NCBI GenBank assembly: GCA_038496445.1
Contig: JALMLS010000197.1
Location: 82,690 to 146,689 of the forward strand
Direction of reading: 5' to 3'
Source: Trichosphaerium sp. ATCC 40318
Taxonomy: Eukaryota; Protista; Tubulinea
Length of the DNA stretch: 64,000 nt
A program made the translations under genes and the position numbers. Below are positions 18,435 to 34,720 of this stretch, piece by piece; positions within the stretch are counted from its first letter, which is position 1, and every line of letters starts with the position of its first letter. The notes beneath the pieces are model-generated. The model had not been told where the DNA came from and did no database searches. It saw nothing but the letters and a program-made list of their open reading frames with translations.

Positions 18435-21373
18435 TTATTTGTCTTCTTTGCCAAACCTTAGTTCTGGTAACTCCTCTTTTACTTCATCTGCAATCTCTTG
18501 GAATGCTTGAATGAATTGTGGCATGTATTTTTTCTTTTTTATCCAGTACTTACCATGAGCACTCTTAAAGGAACCCAGCTTTAAAACAAGTTAACAAAAA
18601 ATGCAAACAAAATTAATGTCCGTGGACGCAGTGTGGTTAAATAAAACACTTCTAATGTCTAGAAGCCAATCCACAACCCTTTTCATTATGTGGGCATACT
18701 TTTTGTCCACAAAAGAGGGAATAGCACTTTGACGAAAAAAAAAATAGTTTTGTACCAGTCGTAATAGTGTATCTTTTGGAAGAAAGCCAAGCTTTCCGGA
18801 AGCTTGCTGGCCGTTATCTTGTATAAGATTAGTAAACAATCCAATAAATGACTTTGAGAGAGAAATAACAGACGTACAAATATACGGAATTTCGTTACAT
18901 TTCTTTTCAAACACGTGATTAAGAAAAGCTTGTACAGCCCATCCCTTTGGATATTTTTTAGAGTACACTACAAATCAAGTTAATCATTGACCAGCAAATA
19001 TTACTCTTTAGAATAAAGAACAACACATACGATGATACTCAGTTTCCGTCAATTTTAAAAGGTTCAGAAACGACTCACGACTTGGTTCTAACACCTGCAA
19101 AACAAATGGATTAGCTGCCTTTAAGTCATTAAGAACGAACTCACCATAAGTCCGCTATTGAATGTATTAAATGTCTTTCCTTTTCTATTCACAAGCCTGG
19201 CTGCAGCAAACTAAAAAACAAACAAGTTAGAGAATTCAAAAAAACGAAAGTTAACTAGTATACCGCTTTGAGACCAAATAAGTTATTCATAGGACGAAGC
19301 ATGAGAATATCTGCATCAATAAAAACGACTTTATCATAATCTGTAAGATTCCAGCAGTGTAACACCCTTAAAAAGACTTAGTGTATTATACTGACCTCTA
19401 AAATACTCACGTGAAGGCATTTTTGTGCCTCTTGTTCATGCCAGGAAGTGTCTTTGATATAGCATCCACTACAGCGAGTTAATGGTAACATATGGTATTA
19501 ATAGAATGACACTCACCACGCCTTACTATGCCTCCTTTCTGAGCTACAGCTTCGAGATATTTCGAATGTTTGACTTTACTTGTCACCATAACAATTACGT
19601 CTCTTGTGTTACCAAACTTTTCTAGTTGATGCAACAATACCAAAACACCAAGTGGATAACCTCCTTCAGAAAGACTGCAAAGTCAGTAACAAGTAATGGA
19701 ACTGAAAGCATTTTTTTTGGCAAAGGACCTGTCACTGTAATCAGATGTTAATAATGTGACCCATGCTTCTTTCTTCTTTGGTATTTCTACACAAATCAAT
19801 TAAAGCGAACTTGTACGCAATGTCCTACCTCTTACTGTGAAAGTGTTTAACAACCAATTACATGCTGAACCTTCCAGAGGTGTAGAAGCCGAAGTAATCT
19901 TGCCTAAGCAGAACAAACTTAGTTGCAAAATGACTTGTGAATTCAAACCATTTAAGTGAACAGCGTATGATTCCTTCTTTATTCTGAATAAAGGCTTAGT
20001 GCTATTTGATCCAAACTGAATAATATTTCTACTTACTTGTTTATAAGTGATAATGCATCATTGGTTCCAAAAAAGCACTTCCAACTACCATGTCTTGATA
20101 CTTTCTTTTGTTTGAATTTAAATCTATCAAAAACAGCAATAAGCTTACAAGCGTTAAAGGCACGTAGGATAATAGTAAATTCTTGATTAAATAGACTTTA
20201 GGTGCTTACTTTGCCTTCTTCTCAAGTACATAAAAAGCGTTGACATCGACAAGATTAGTATCAGCTTGTACACAGCTGCGGAAAAAGTAAGTTAACAATT
20301 TTAGTTGAGCCCTTTTTTTACCTATCCTTCGTTGAAGTGCCACAAAGCCTCGTATAAGTACGAGTAAGCAATTTTGGTCCTGCACTAGACCAATCATCTA
20401 ATGACATATTGATACAGTCTCTTAGGAGTTATAACCTATAAGTACCTTTATCGTAATGATGCTGAAGTTGCAGCATGCATTCAGTCAAGAATGAATGCAT
20501 CCTATCAAAAATCATAATGGCTCCATTTATGGCATCTGAACGAGATCCAAGAGGGTGTTGTAATCCTACTCTTTTAAGTGTAAGCTCACTCACCGCAGAT
20601 ACCTATAGTATTGTAGAGGTGATGTATGGGCTTCACAAATATCATATCAGTGTCTACAGAACACTTAGATTGAACCATATCATTAGCCGTACCTGAATAA
20701 ATACCGCCATATTTCCACAAGACAGCTAGCCTCATTAAATCTGTAACATGGCTGTAGTAATGCGGATTGTCTTTAAAAGGCTCGAAACTTGAAGTAAACC
20801 AATTGAAAAGTGGTGTGTTCGCAAGGATAGCTCGAGCACTGCTAGGTTCTATTCTAAAACAAGGTCAATTGCAGTAAACAAGAGAAAAGTTGCACCTTAT
20901 GTCGTAACCATAGCTCTGTAAATTTTCAAACTGCTTGGAGCTTAACATACCTCCAACGTCGTGTATGATTATAGTTGACAAAGGGTGATGGTACAAGATA
21001 CTTTCGACACTCCTATTGCAGAGTAAAAAGCAAGGAATAACGCTTTTGTTTAAAAAGCTCACCTCTGATTTACGTCTTTCCACGCTCCATTCACACGTGG
21101 TTGATCACGTGGGAATTTCGACTCAAATAGCTGTATTGAGCTATTTCTAGTCGTTGTCCACAATAGATGAAACGTTGGAGGCTCTTCATGGCGCGTTAAA
21201 GGCTTAAATACAACGAATAGTTTAAAAGTACCTAGACTTATCTCGAACGGAGGTTTAAAGTTATTTCTATGCGATTGTGGCGTTTGATACGTTGTAAAAA
21301 ATACAAACGTGCCCAAAACGTACAGAACAAAGAAAAAACATAATGTACTACGCCAACGCCTTGCAAGGTTCAT
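18435..21373 (-). CDS. Type II membrane glycosyltransferase with GT32 (DXD/Gb3_synth-like) and GT8 (glycogenin-like) domains
   Basis: TM anchor; FHLLWT; YGGIYSDTD; YAVHL; then AWVTLLT, WNLTDYDKVVFIDAD, FNSGLMVLEP, QAFLN; exons join in frame. Confidence 0.8.
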
Positions 21374-21544
21374 TAATAAGACGACGTGGTAGTTCTTAAC
21401 TAACGTCTATTGCTGAAACGACTTAAGAAGGATAAGCTTCAAACAAAAAAAACAAAGTCACATGCGTAAAGCATGCTAAAAGTAGTTCAAAACAAGTTGT
21501 AAACAATAAAATAAACAAGCCATTTATTCCGTAAAAGAAAGATA

Positions 21545-22324
21545 TCAATAGTTTTTGTTGCCAAATCTTGGCCTGCTGCGACGTCTGCTTTTTGAATCGT
21601 AGCGTTTGTTCCATATCGCGCATTGTTCTTGAGTTGCACTGAGTAATTGTAGCATAAACTTGGAGTCTACTAATACTCCAAGATGAAACTCTTCTCCCTC
21701 GCGGAAGAAAAATGGAGCTCCAAAGTTTCCAAGCGCTACATGTGCGTCAACGAACTCCTCTAGCAGAACCAAGTTCTCATATAGAACCTTAACTGTAACG
21801 TTGCATCTAAACAAAGCAACATTTCCAATATTTAACATTGTGGAAAAATCCGACACCATGAAACCTTTTTGCACAACAAGTCTGGCAACTGATAGTTGAC
21901 GACTCGCGTTTAAATAACACCCTTGCTTATAGCTCGTTTGAAACTTGCCAGAATCTCTGCGACATACTAGACAACAAATCAGCGACTGCGCATCATACAA
22001 AATAAAAAACGTGCCGTTGCCAAACTGTCCTGGTGGTACGAAGCATTTTAAGGCAAATGTTGAACTCCTTCTATATTTTTGGACGCTCCATGATAACCAG
22101 CACTCGTCGCTGTTTTCCGCCCGGTTAAACAGTTTACGTACCATTCCCAGGACAATTTCTGGTGGTACTTGGGATATGGCAGTAATTTTACATTCAAAAC
22201 CTAAAAATACAATTTTTAGAAAAGCACGTTTTCGAGTTCGAATGTGATGTGCGTACCGACATTCCAAACAAATACGGGTCGCTCTTTCCGATCTGCTACA
22301 TACAAAAGGTGAAGCTAAACACAA
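21545..22324 (-). CDS. Hypothetical protein (exon structure and strand uncertain)
   Basis: 259-codon open frame in AT-rich DNA, containing intron-like GTACGC...TAG segments. Confidence 0.45.
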   Translation of the reverse strand: MCLASPFVCSRSERATRICLECRYAHHIRTRKRAFLKIVFLGFECKITAISQVPPEIVLGMVRKLFNRAENSDECWLSWSVQKYRRSSTFALKCFVPPGQFGNGTFFILYDAQSLICCLVCRRDSGKFQTSYKQGCYLNASRQLSVARLVVQKGFMVSDFSTMLNIGNVALFRCNVTVKVLYENLVLLEEFVDAHVALGNFGAPFFFREGEEFHLGVLVDSKFMLQLLSATQEQCAIWNKRYDSKSRRRSRPRFGNKNY

Positions 22325-22414
22325 AGAAAAATAAACCTAACAAAGAAGGCAATAAACGATTTTTTTAATGTGCTATGATTAGTTTCTACAGGATTTGGTT
22401 ATTTTTTTCTCTTT

Positions 22415-25400
22415 CTACCATTTCTTGAAGCTTAAGGTAATAGAACCTGATACTCTATCTTCCTTCTTACGTCCACTTCTACCACGTAATTTAAATTCAA
22501 CATTCTTGTTATCTTTAAAATCAGGATACTCTTTCAAATCAATAGTGAAAACACCCATAAAGTCATCCTACAAGAAAAACATTAGACTCGAAAAAAATGG
22601 TTCTCAAGCTTTTTCTTACCTTAGCAAGTGAGTCATGATCCCAACACTCAATAGTAATAATACTATCTGTTGCATGACTACCTTCTAAATCAACATCAAC
22701 ATGTTCGTTATCCCACACTGGGTTGAGTGTCTTTTTCTTTACTAAGTAACAGTATTAGTTTGTTTATCTCTTGACAAGCAATGTACCTTTAGTCTTTGCA
22801 ACACGCTTCCTAAAGTCAGAGCGACCAAGAGCTTGGTTCAAAGATACCTTAAGATAAGGATCAGAGAATCCATTAGAGTCCTTTGCCACAAGGTTTTTGC
22901 CACTAATGTTTTCAAAGGTAACTTGAGCAGGCCAACCAATTTGATCCTAATTTTGAGTACCAACGTCAGGAACAAGCTGTCAAAGAATACATTGAGCATT
23001 TGATAATATAACATACCCTTGGTCTAATTTTAGACGAATACAATTCTATGAATTGTGGGATGTAGGCAGAATCCCACAAGAATGTCATTCTATCCTTCTG
23101 ATCAGCTTTTTTAGGGAATTTGACCTGCGTTCAATAAATAAGCATTGATCATGATTCACAAGTAACCGTACGCGTTGTGGTAATTTAGCAGGCATAATGT
23201 AATCTTTGAGCAGTTGGAATGACCACTAAAAAGATATTTAGAATCACGTGAATGAAAAATAAAGGTCGATGATCCACAAACAAAAACAACGCAAAAAAAA
23301 ACTTGCCAAATCTGTCCGTTTGTACAATTTACCAACTACAAGTGCACCCATTTTAGCCTCAGACTTTGTGATCTTAATATTAGCACTATATAGAATCATA
23401 AGAGACGATGAATGCAATAAATCAAGAGCGTACGTGACATAAGATTCATATTCTTTTGAATCATCTTTTCTTGATAGTATTTTAAAAGTTATAGACTCAA
23501 AGTTACCAAAACGTTGTCTTTGACCTTCGTGATCACGATAGTCAGTTGTATGAATAAGAAAGTAAAGCTCTTTAATCTTATCACTTATACGAGCAGTAGC
23601 AAGGTTAAAATAATCTGTATTAGTTGCCTTGGTTGACCAACCACCCTCTAACATAAAGTAAAAAAAATGTAAAAAAAATATAACTTACTTTGAGAAGAAG
23701 TTGACATTGTGATTGATTTATCACGAGACATTTGAGTGTGAACGTCAACATCTGAGCATAGAACATCTCTTAATTTACCATGAACATTCACTCCAATCAC
23801 TGACGCTTTGAGTGAAACATTCTTATCGGCACCTACAAGCAAAATAAGAAACTGGACAAAGTTAACACCAAGTCACTCTTGTTCTTACCTGAGGTTTTTT
23901 TCCAATGAAACGAAAATGCAAGAGCTTCAGCACGCTTAGTAGATAACTCACGCAACTCTCCTTTGTTACGAAGCTCAACCATAACATCTGGTTGAGATGT
24001 AACTGGTTTTGAAGCAGCTTTAGAAAGAGTGCGAAGACTACTTGCAAGTTGAAGACGATTTGTCAAGCGGACAGCAAACATTGCTCCACGAAGCTTTTTA
24101 CGTGCTTGGAATCTCTTCAATTCCTCCTTGACACCCTCTGGAAATTCATCAGCAGATGGTACGTCAACATTAGCGACCCAAGGGTGTTTAAGCGCCATAT
24201 CAATGTCGAAACGGCTAAATCGTAACTATTAGTACATACTACCAGGTTTGGTGTAAAGAAATGTACTTTTCTGGGTCTCTTTGCATCATTTTCCAGACAA
24301 GGTCTTTAGCCTCGTCTGAGATACTGTACCAACATTGTCCTAGCCAATTGAAGGCACCTCTTTCAATGTTGCGCATCATCTCTTCCTAGTAGCTGCGTTA
24401 GACATGTGTCTAACGAAAAGCATTGAGATGAAGTACCTGGTCAGGCTTTTGGAATGGGTGAACACCAGAAAGCAAAATGTATAGAACAACACCGACAGCC
24501 CAAACATCAACTGGACGACCATATCCTGGCTCACCAGGTATCTTATGCCTTTGCCTGACAAGCTCAGGTGCCATATAAGGGATAGTACCAACAACAAGGC
24601 TGAACCCGTCATCCTAAGAGCCTTATAAATGCTAGCACGGAGACAATACCTTTCAGAAGGACTTTATCGTACAGTTTCTTGGCATTTACGAGAGAAACCG
24701 AAATCTGCTAGTTTGACTACAGCATCTGCTGTTTTATCCGCTAGAAGCAGATTTTCTGGCTAAAAACGAAACGTGTTACAATGACATTTTAAACAAGCGA
24801 AAAAACGCCTGAAAGGCGTTTAATTATTATCAATCGCTTACCTTAATATCCAAATGCGCAATGCCTTGCGCATGCAAGTGTTTGACGCCCAAAAGCACCT
24901 GTTTTATACAACGACTTGCTTCGCGCTCAGAGTATCTGTGTAGTTCGATAACTCGCTTAGTTAAGGGTATTATAACACAGTGTCTGCTTTTTCACGTAGA
25001 AATAAAAAAAAAGAACAATGTTGTTCTGCCTTGCTTGAAGTACAAAAAAATAAGGATACTCCTATCAAACAGCTCTCCACCTGTCACGTATTCCAAAACA
25101 ACGTAAAAGTTGGTAGAATCAACAAAGATCTCTTGAAAGTTGACGATATTTGGGTGATGTAGCATAGCTGATACTTCTATTTCTTGTGCCATGTTTTCCA
25201 TAGTTGTTTTCCGTCTGTTGACTACTTTTACAGCCACATTCTAAAAATGATCGTTAGTATCTGATCGTTCATCGAGTACGCCTAACTCCCTGTTTTTGGG
25301 GAGTTTAGTGCGCTCTTTAGTATTATCGTGATAGTACGCACTGCTCCATCGCTCTTTGATGTCCCCTTGCGTACGACAGAAAATGCGCCCTTCCCTAGCG

Positions 25401-25585
25401 TTTCATGAAGCTAATGTCGTTATTTTGGATCCAGTGCAAACCCAAATTTGTTTTTAGACGTTAGATGTAGTACTACGCACGTCATAACAGTCTATGATCT
25501 CTTTGTCATTTAATTTTGGAAATTTGTATCCTTGTGGTAACGCCACAGGTTTTTGGCTAGTAATCAACGTAAAGGCTTGCTCCAT
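22415..25585 (-). CDS. CaMK-family Ser/Thr kinase with CaM-binding tail, TerD-like domain and C2 domain
   Basis: [46 protein letters not shown]; [13 protein letters not shown]; TerD-like segment; C2 motifs [27 protein letters not shown]. Confidence 0.88.
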
Positions 25586-25708
25586 TGCACTAAACCACAA
25601 ATCTGGCTACGTGAGTTTTTGACTACTTTTTGACTCGAAGTTGTTTCGCAGCTATTTTCCCGTTTTCACTTTGTCATTTACCCATAGGCCCACACGCCAT
25701 CTGGTTAA

Positions 25709-27952
25709 ATGTTGTCGCGGTTATACAGGTACTCGTACTAAATGCAAGAGAATGGCCTAATCTAACAGTGTAATAGGGCTACAAGTGTCCGTACAGCTGT
25801 TAGAGCCTCACGCGGTGTTCAGCAGCGACGATCCTACTGTGTGAATATATTGTACGCGCAACGGCCAGCAATTGTAACTAAATAGATGTAGTGGCGGTCA
25901 AGAACAAAAACCTTTGGAAGCAGTCAAGCCAAAGGCAGAATTGGTATTGAAACGCGTAGATGAGATCGCAAAGCTAGCTGCAAAGCATTTGTATGCGAAT
26001 GAGTTTAAAGAAGCAGCCCAGTATTACGAAAGTGCTTTGGACTTAACAACTTCGGTTTCAGCGGTATGTAGAGCGTAACGGCATCATTCTTGATAGTATT
26101 GACGCTCTTTTATTTCTTTGCCTTCAAAATTGCTTGTTTGAGCTATGTGCCATGTATTTCGCTGACGTGTTTCATTCTAGGATGAATTATTAGTAGTTCG
26201 CGCTAAAGTAAACTTGGCATACGCTTATCACAACATGGACAAAATAAGTGAAGCTACAGAGTTGTATAAGAATATTGATACCCTAGAAAAACTACTTGGC
26301 GCAGAAGACCAAGAAGTTAATATTGCAAAGATAAATTATGCTGAAATACTAGCCAAAGAAAAGAAGTACGTACTCAAGAAGGCGTGATATGTTGCTTCGG
26401 AAGGCTTTTTTTGTTATAAGTCGCTTTGAATGCTGATTTTTTTTTTTCAAGGATGGAAGAGGCTGAGAGATACGGTAGAGAAGCTGTAGGTGTACTTGAA
26501 CGTCATAGACGTACTGATGAATTTGTTGCTGCCGCTTTGAGTAATTTATCTGGATACCTTGGCGTACAAGTACGTTTTTTTTTTTTGGTTCTTCTCAGTT
26601 GCAAAGATTGGGTTATTGATTTCGTCTTTTTTCTAGAAAAAATACAAAGAGTCCTTGAAATACGCAAGTAAAGCCCTACGCATGACTGAAAAGCATCTTG
26701 GACGTAACAATTCTGTAACAAAGACAGTATTTAGTAACTACTATTCTCTGTTAAAGCTTGCTGGAGACGAGAAGGGCTTAGCAGGTACAACAATATAACC
26801 AATATCAATTTTTGAAAAATTAAAATCTTGTCGTTCTTCTACTTCGTTTTTTATTTCATTTTACTCACTTTGGTTTTAGATTTGGAAGCAGATTGGAGCA
26901 CAGAAACAGGTGAACCAGATCGCGCAGCAGATGAGCTTCTTGAAAAGACACAAAACGGCGAAATTGAAATTGATGATACAGAAACGCCAAGTGAGCGTGG
27001 GAAGACCCCTAAAAAGGATGAAAAAGCTGATACAGAAGCTAAAGAAGATGGAGAGGGTAAAGAAGACAAAGCAGATGCAAAAGAGTCAAAAGAAGAATCA
27101 AAGGAAGAAAGTACTGAGGTTGCAAAAGCTGATGAAGATAAAGAGTCTACTCCTGAAGAAACAAAGGAAGGTGATGTGCCACAAACAAAGGAAGACGCAA
27201 ATGTATCAAAAGACGCTGAGAGACTTGGAAAGTACGTGTTGTTTGTGTTTTTTTTTTGGATTTGTTGTTGCAACAAAGTTGTCCGTTTACTGATTGTTTT
27301 TTCTTATTAGGTTTGAAGACATTTACAGAAAAACTCATAAATCTCAACCTAAAGGATTTGTAAAAGATCCTGATTTTGCCAAGAAGGAGTTAAGTGAGTT
27401 TATGGACTTATGGTCTGAAAGAGGTATGGTTCTGTTACATTTTGAGGCGAAACAACAATCGCTTTTTTTTGTTTCCATTTTTGATGTTGCTTAATTGTAA
27501 GGCGTTGACTTAACTTTTTTGTTTTAGATCCAAAAATCGATTTATATGATCCAGCTTACGCTAAGGTTCTTCAGCAAGAAACTGACGCCATTGAGTACCA
27601 CGAAAAACTTGCTAAAGAGCGTATAAAGACTGTAAGGAGAAAGGTTGATGAAAATGTCTTGTCACAAGGTTTATCTGAGGAAGAGAAGAGAGATTACGCT
27701 AAAAAAGCAGAAATATACTTTAATCAGATATCTGCTTCAGGATTTACTAAAGATCAATTGTCGTCTATGATAGATGAGACTGTTTTCGATACAGACCAAC
27801 TTCTTAAGTTTGGAAGGAGTCAATTTGGAGCTACACAAGAAGAACAAGAAGCTACACTTGATAGAGAGACAGATGAAGCTTTTGAACAACTTGGAAAACA
27901 AGTTGTTAATACTATTACAGAAGAAGAAGTAAACAATGAATCTCATGAATAA
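25709..27952 (+). CDS. TPR (kinesin-light-chain-type repeat) protein, probably mitochondrial, with acidic linker
   Basis: R/S/A-rich acid-free presequence MLSRLYRATSVRTAVRASRGVQQRRSY; TPR helices (AKVNLAYAY, EEAERYGREA, AAALSNLSGYL); E/K/D-rich exon. Confidence 0.75.
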
Positions 27953-28185
27953 AATAAATAAAAAATAAATTCAGAAAAACATCTTCTTTGTTGACTGATC
28001 CCCTCAGGCCCAAGACAAGGTAAACTAGTGACTGACAAGTCTGTCCATCACGACATAGTGACTACGTAACAATATAGGATAAACACCCTGGGTTTATATG
28101 AAGCACGATTTCGAAAGATAGATTCTTCGGCTGCCATTTTGTACCACAGTTAAGTTAGTTTTGGCTTCCACAAAAAGCACTACAA

Positions 28186-31052
<2,867 letters not shown>

Positions 31053-31223
31053 TGAGGGGTAGCGCTTGGAGAGAGTAGAATAAAACGAAAGTTCTGAGTT
31101 TGCATCTTTTTTTTCCTGTTTTTCTTGTCCCATTGCTTGAAAGAGAAGTTATTTTTGTCTTCGATTTTTCCCTCTACCAATACTATGTGCATTAAATAAC
31201 ATGGACATCACGTTTTTTTCGTA

Positions 31224-34020
31224 TTACTTCATGATAGCCCCAAATAGTTTTAGAAACTTGGTTTTTTTCTTCTTCTTCCTTGGTTTCGGTTCCTTTTCCA
31301 CTTTAACCGGTACATCTACATGTACTGATTCTTTCGTTGGCCTTGTTATTGTTTGTCTATAAAACACCATCAGATATTAACAAGGAGAAAAACAAAGCGA
31401 AAAAAGCGAAAAAAAGTGAAACAGTGAAGCCGAACACGTGATTTTTCTAAATTGAAAAAAAAAAAATTGTATTTGGCGTTAAAAACTGCAAGGTAGTTTC
31501 CTTCTCGACGAAAAGGGAAAGATACTGATGGAGTTCACGCGCTCGTGAGTGGTTTTTTGTTTATAAAGGGCAAGATATTTTTTGAACTGCAGTATTTTTT
31601 TTGCAGTAAACGTGAGTACTGCAAAAACACACATGAGGTAAATAACAATATCCCATCTCTTACCCAGTACTTTCTTCAAAACTTTCTTTTCTCGCCAAAG
31701 CCATCGTTATCGTAGTTGGTTCAGACCCAGAGAACTCGTCCACGCGCCTAGCGGTAAAATGTTATTTACGCTAGCGGAAGAACTAAAAACCCCGTTTCGC
31801 TTTCTTCTCCTTTTGTTAAATTAGAACTTACGTAGATGCTGCGTGCCATGCAGATGAACTTTCGTCTGATCTAGCACGTTTCAGTTCTACACGTGCATGT
31901 CCTTGATCAGGATCAGAAGAGCTTGTCGTTTCATCTTGTCTCACGCCAGTTCCGCATTCACTAAACAAAAAGTATTACTTTCTCCTCAATAACAGCTTCA
32001 AGTATGTGCTGTACTTGCCTCATAGTCTCTGTGAGTTCCATCTCGAACATGCCTATAATGGCAGCACCAGAACCAGCATCTGGAGATGTCTCTGGCTTGG
32101 GATTCATGTAGGACATATCAAGTTCGATATCAATTTTCTTTGGCTTAGTTTTTTTTTGTAACGGTTTCTTCTCAAGTGCGTCCAGAAGTGATGTCATCGG
32201 TGCACTACTTGCGCAGTCTGATATATCAGAAAAACTAACACCGGCTGAAACAAAAGAAATTAGCCAAAACAAACCAGCAGAGGCGAGGCGAGGTGTACAT
32301 GTGTTTTTAACTTCAAGTGTTTTTGATATCTCTCCAGGAAGAAGTCGTTTTTTTGATCCAGAAGAATCATTTGATTTTTTACGACGTTTTTTTGTATGTA
32401 CAGGTTGTGCAATGACGACGTCATCATCTGAGTTTGACTTTTTATGGTGGCTCAGCAGTTTTGGCACTGATCCAAAAATAATCTTTGATTTCGACCTCCT
32501 AAGCTTTGATCCTCCATCTTTACTTACACCAAGTTTCCCTGAGAAATCAATTAGCACGCATCACAACAGAGAAAGCATACGTGATGAGCTACTCTTCCGT
32601 ATTTCGCGTCTGGTTTGCTTATTGGAGCCTAAAGCCCTTGCGGACTTGTCTTTGGCGGAAAACCTTTTTTTTCTTTTCTTAGATATTGCAGGCTCAGTCA
32701 AGGCCTCAACGTACTTTGGAGAAGTGCTAATAGCAACCACTCGCTTTTGAATAGACTAATTGATCGTTATAAGGTAATAATTGACTCAAACGTACCGAGC
32801 AAGATGAGCTTCTTCGTACAGTTTTTTGCTTTTTTTTTCAATAAATGTTAGCTCATGTTTTAAACTATCACGTGTTGGTACCTTGGTTATTGATACTTCT
32901 GGGGTTTTATCTGTTTCTGGGATATTTTGTTGCTCGATGAAATTTAGAGGTTCGAAAGAACCAAGAGGTGTGCTTCCTCCAGAACTCGCAGATATTTGTT
33001 TTTTGTGCTTTTTAGACATGAGAAACTTTTTACTTTTTTTAGAACTCTCCAGTTTCTTTGTGGCTACAGAATTAAAATCAAACAAAAACCAGGTTAATAG
33101 TAATATACCTATAGTATATAATTCGCTCTGCTTAAATAAAGGTATTTGATTATGCTCCTGGTTTGTAAAGTCAGAAAAAGTTGTTACCTTTTATAGAAAA
33201 AAGCTAGCGTACCATGATAAACAAAACCTGGTTTTCGGCATCATCAAACAAATTAGATGATAGAGAAAGTCCTGTGGCAATTATTAAATAAAAGCACAAG
33301 TGGTAAACAATTAAAAAACAATTAAAAACAGGCGTATATGATGAGCCCGAACCTTACCAGAGGATGTTTTCTCCAGGATAGCCTCCTACGTAAACATAAA
33401 TCTTTTTTTTTCTGTTGGTTTAATTTCGCTCCTTCCCGTACCTTGACCCAGCCATCAATGTTTACCTCTAGTGGCGCACGTTTACATATGTACTTGTTGA
33501 GCATCACAGCACATTGTGTTTGCCTGGTTTTATCAGAGCTCGCTTTATATTTTTGTACATCTCGCCAAAACTCAATATTTTCTTCGCTCAAGCTCGTCAC
33601 CAAGTGCCTTATTGTGTTTATGAGTCAATGTTTGTTCAAGCCTCCGTTTATGGAGTGGGTGGTAACGCGAATTAAAGAAGTGATTTTGCTTGAACCAAAA
33701 TTATCACGTGTATTTTTACGCACCGTTTCGTTTAATCACGTGGGTAATATAAAGAAATTTGTCGTTTTGTAAAAAAAAAAAAGCAAAAAACTCAATTATT
33801 TGCAATACTTCAACAAAGAGTAATTAGATTCTGCGTTTGTTAAAATCCCGACAAGTGTTACTTTATATTACCATGAAACGAAAACAAAAAAAGATATTGC
33901 GTGGATTGTAAAAACAGAAAAAGATTTTTTTTGTCGAAAAAGTGTATTGTTTTACCTTGTAAAGTATTTACGTAATATATCGTTACGTAGTACGGTTAGT
34001 ACTTCAACATGGGCCGCCAT
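31224..34020 (-). CDS. RGS-domain protein with long Ser/Lys-rich tail
   Basis: VLRNDILRKYFTR/HLVTSLSEENIEFW...KYICKRAPLEVNID is the RGS core; polybasic C-terminus. Confidence 0.8.
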
Positions 34021-34720
34021 CTCCCCTTATAAATGTCAAAAAATAGGTGGGAGGGTGTGACGGCGACGTCTATCCAGCGCTAGTAGCACGAGAATGTGCT
34101 GAGATTGTATTCACCCTTGGTTTGGGTTTTGGCGTTTATGGTACCAAAAAACGGTCAGCTAAAGTTTGACTTGTTATTTTACACTGCTTTGAAGCGTTGA
34201 CAAATAACAATATTACTTTATTCATAGATGTGGTACTATGTTAGTACCTTTAGGGGCGTATGAAGCAATATAAACCGGGTTTTTTCACTACATGTGACTT
34301 GTGATTTTTCTCGTTGCTTCGCACCAAGTTTCGGTGTGGTGTTACATACTACTTTTGGGACCGCTCTGAATAATCGTCCGACGTGGAGAAATCGTGCTTT
34401 ATTTTCCCGCTTTTTGGGGATCGCTTGTGAAAGACACTTCCATAAAAACGCACAGGTGTAGTGTTTAGTGTCTTCACACTCATAAACTAGTTTTCCATCA
34501 AACTTCGTTTTTTTATTTTGATGACATTTATGTGCTGTCTTACAAATACAGTAGTACAACTATGTGTTACTAATGTTGCTACGATAGACCTCAGTTTTTT
34601 ACGTTTATGATACTCAAACATGTTGTGGGAGTATAAAAACGCGCTTAGCAGCGTAGAGGCGAAAGAAAACCCAGATTTATTGTTACAATAACATCATGAC
34701 ATATTTACATAAAAGTAGCC

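Noticed and set aside
26851-27276. Antisense ORFs such as 26851-27276, 32301-32750, 33338-33772 and 38302-38556
   Set aside because: Shadow frames of real low-complexity exons on the opposite strand
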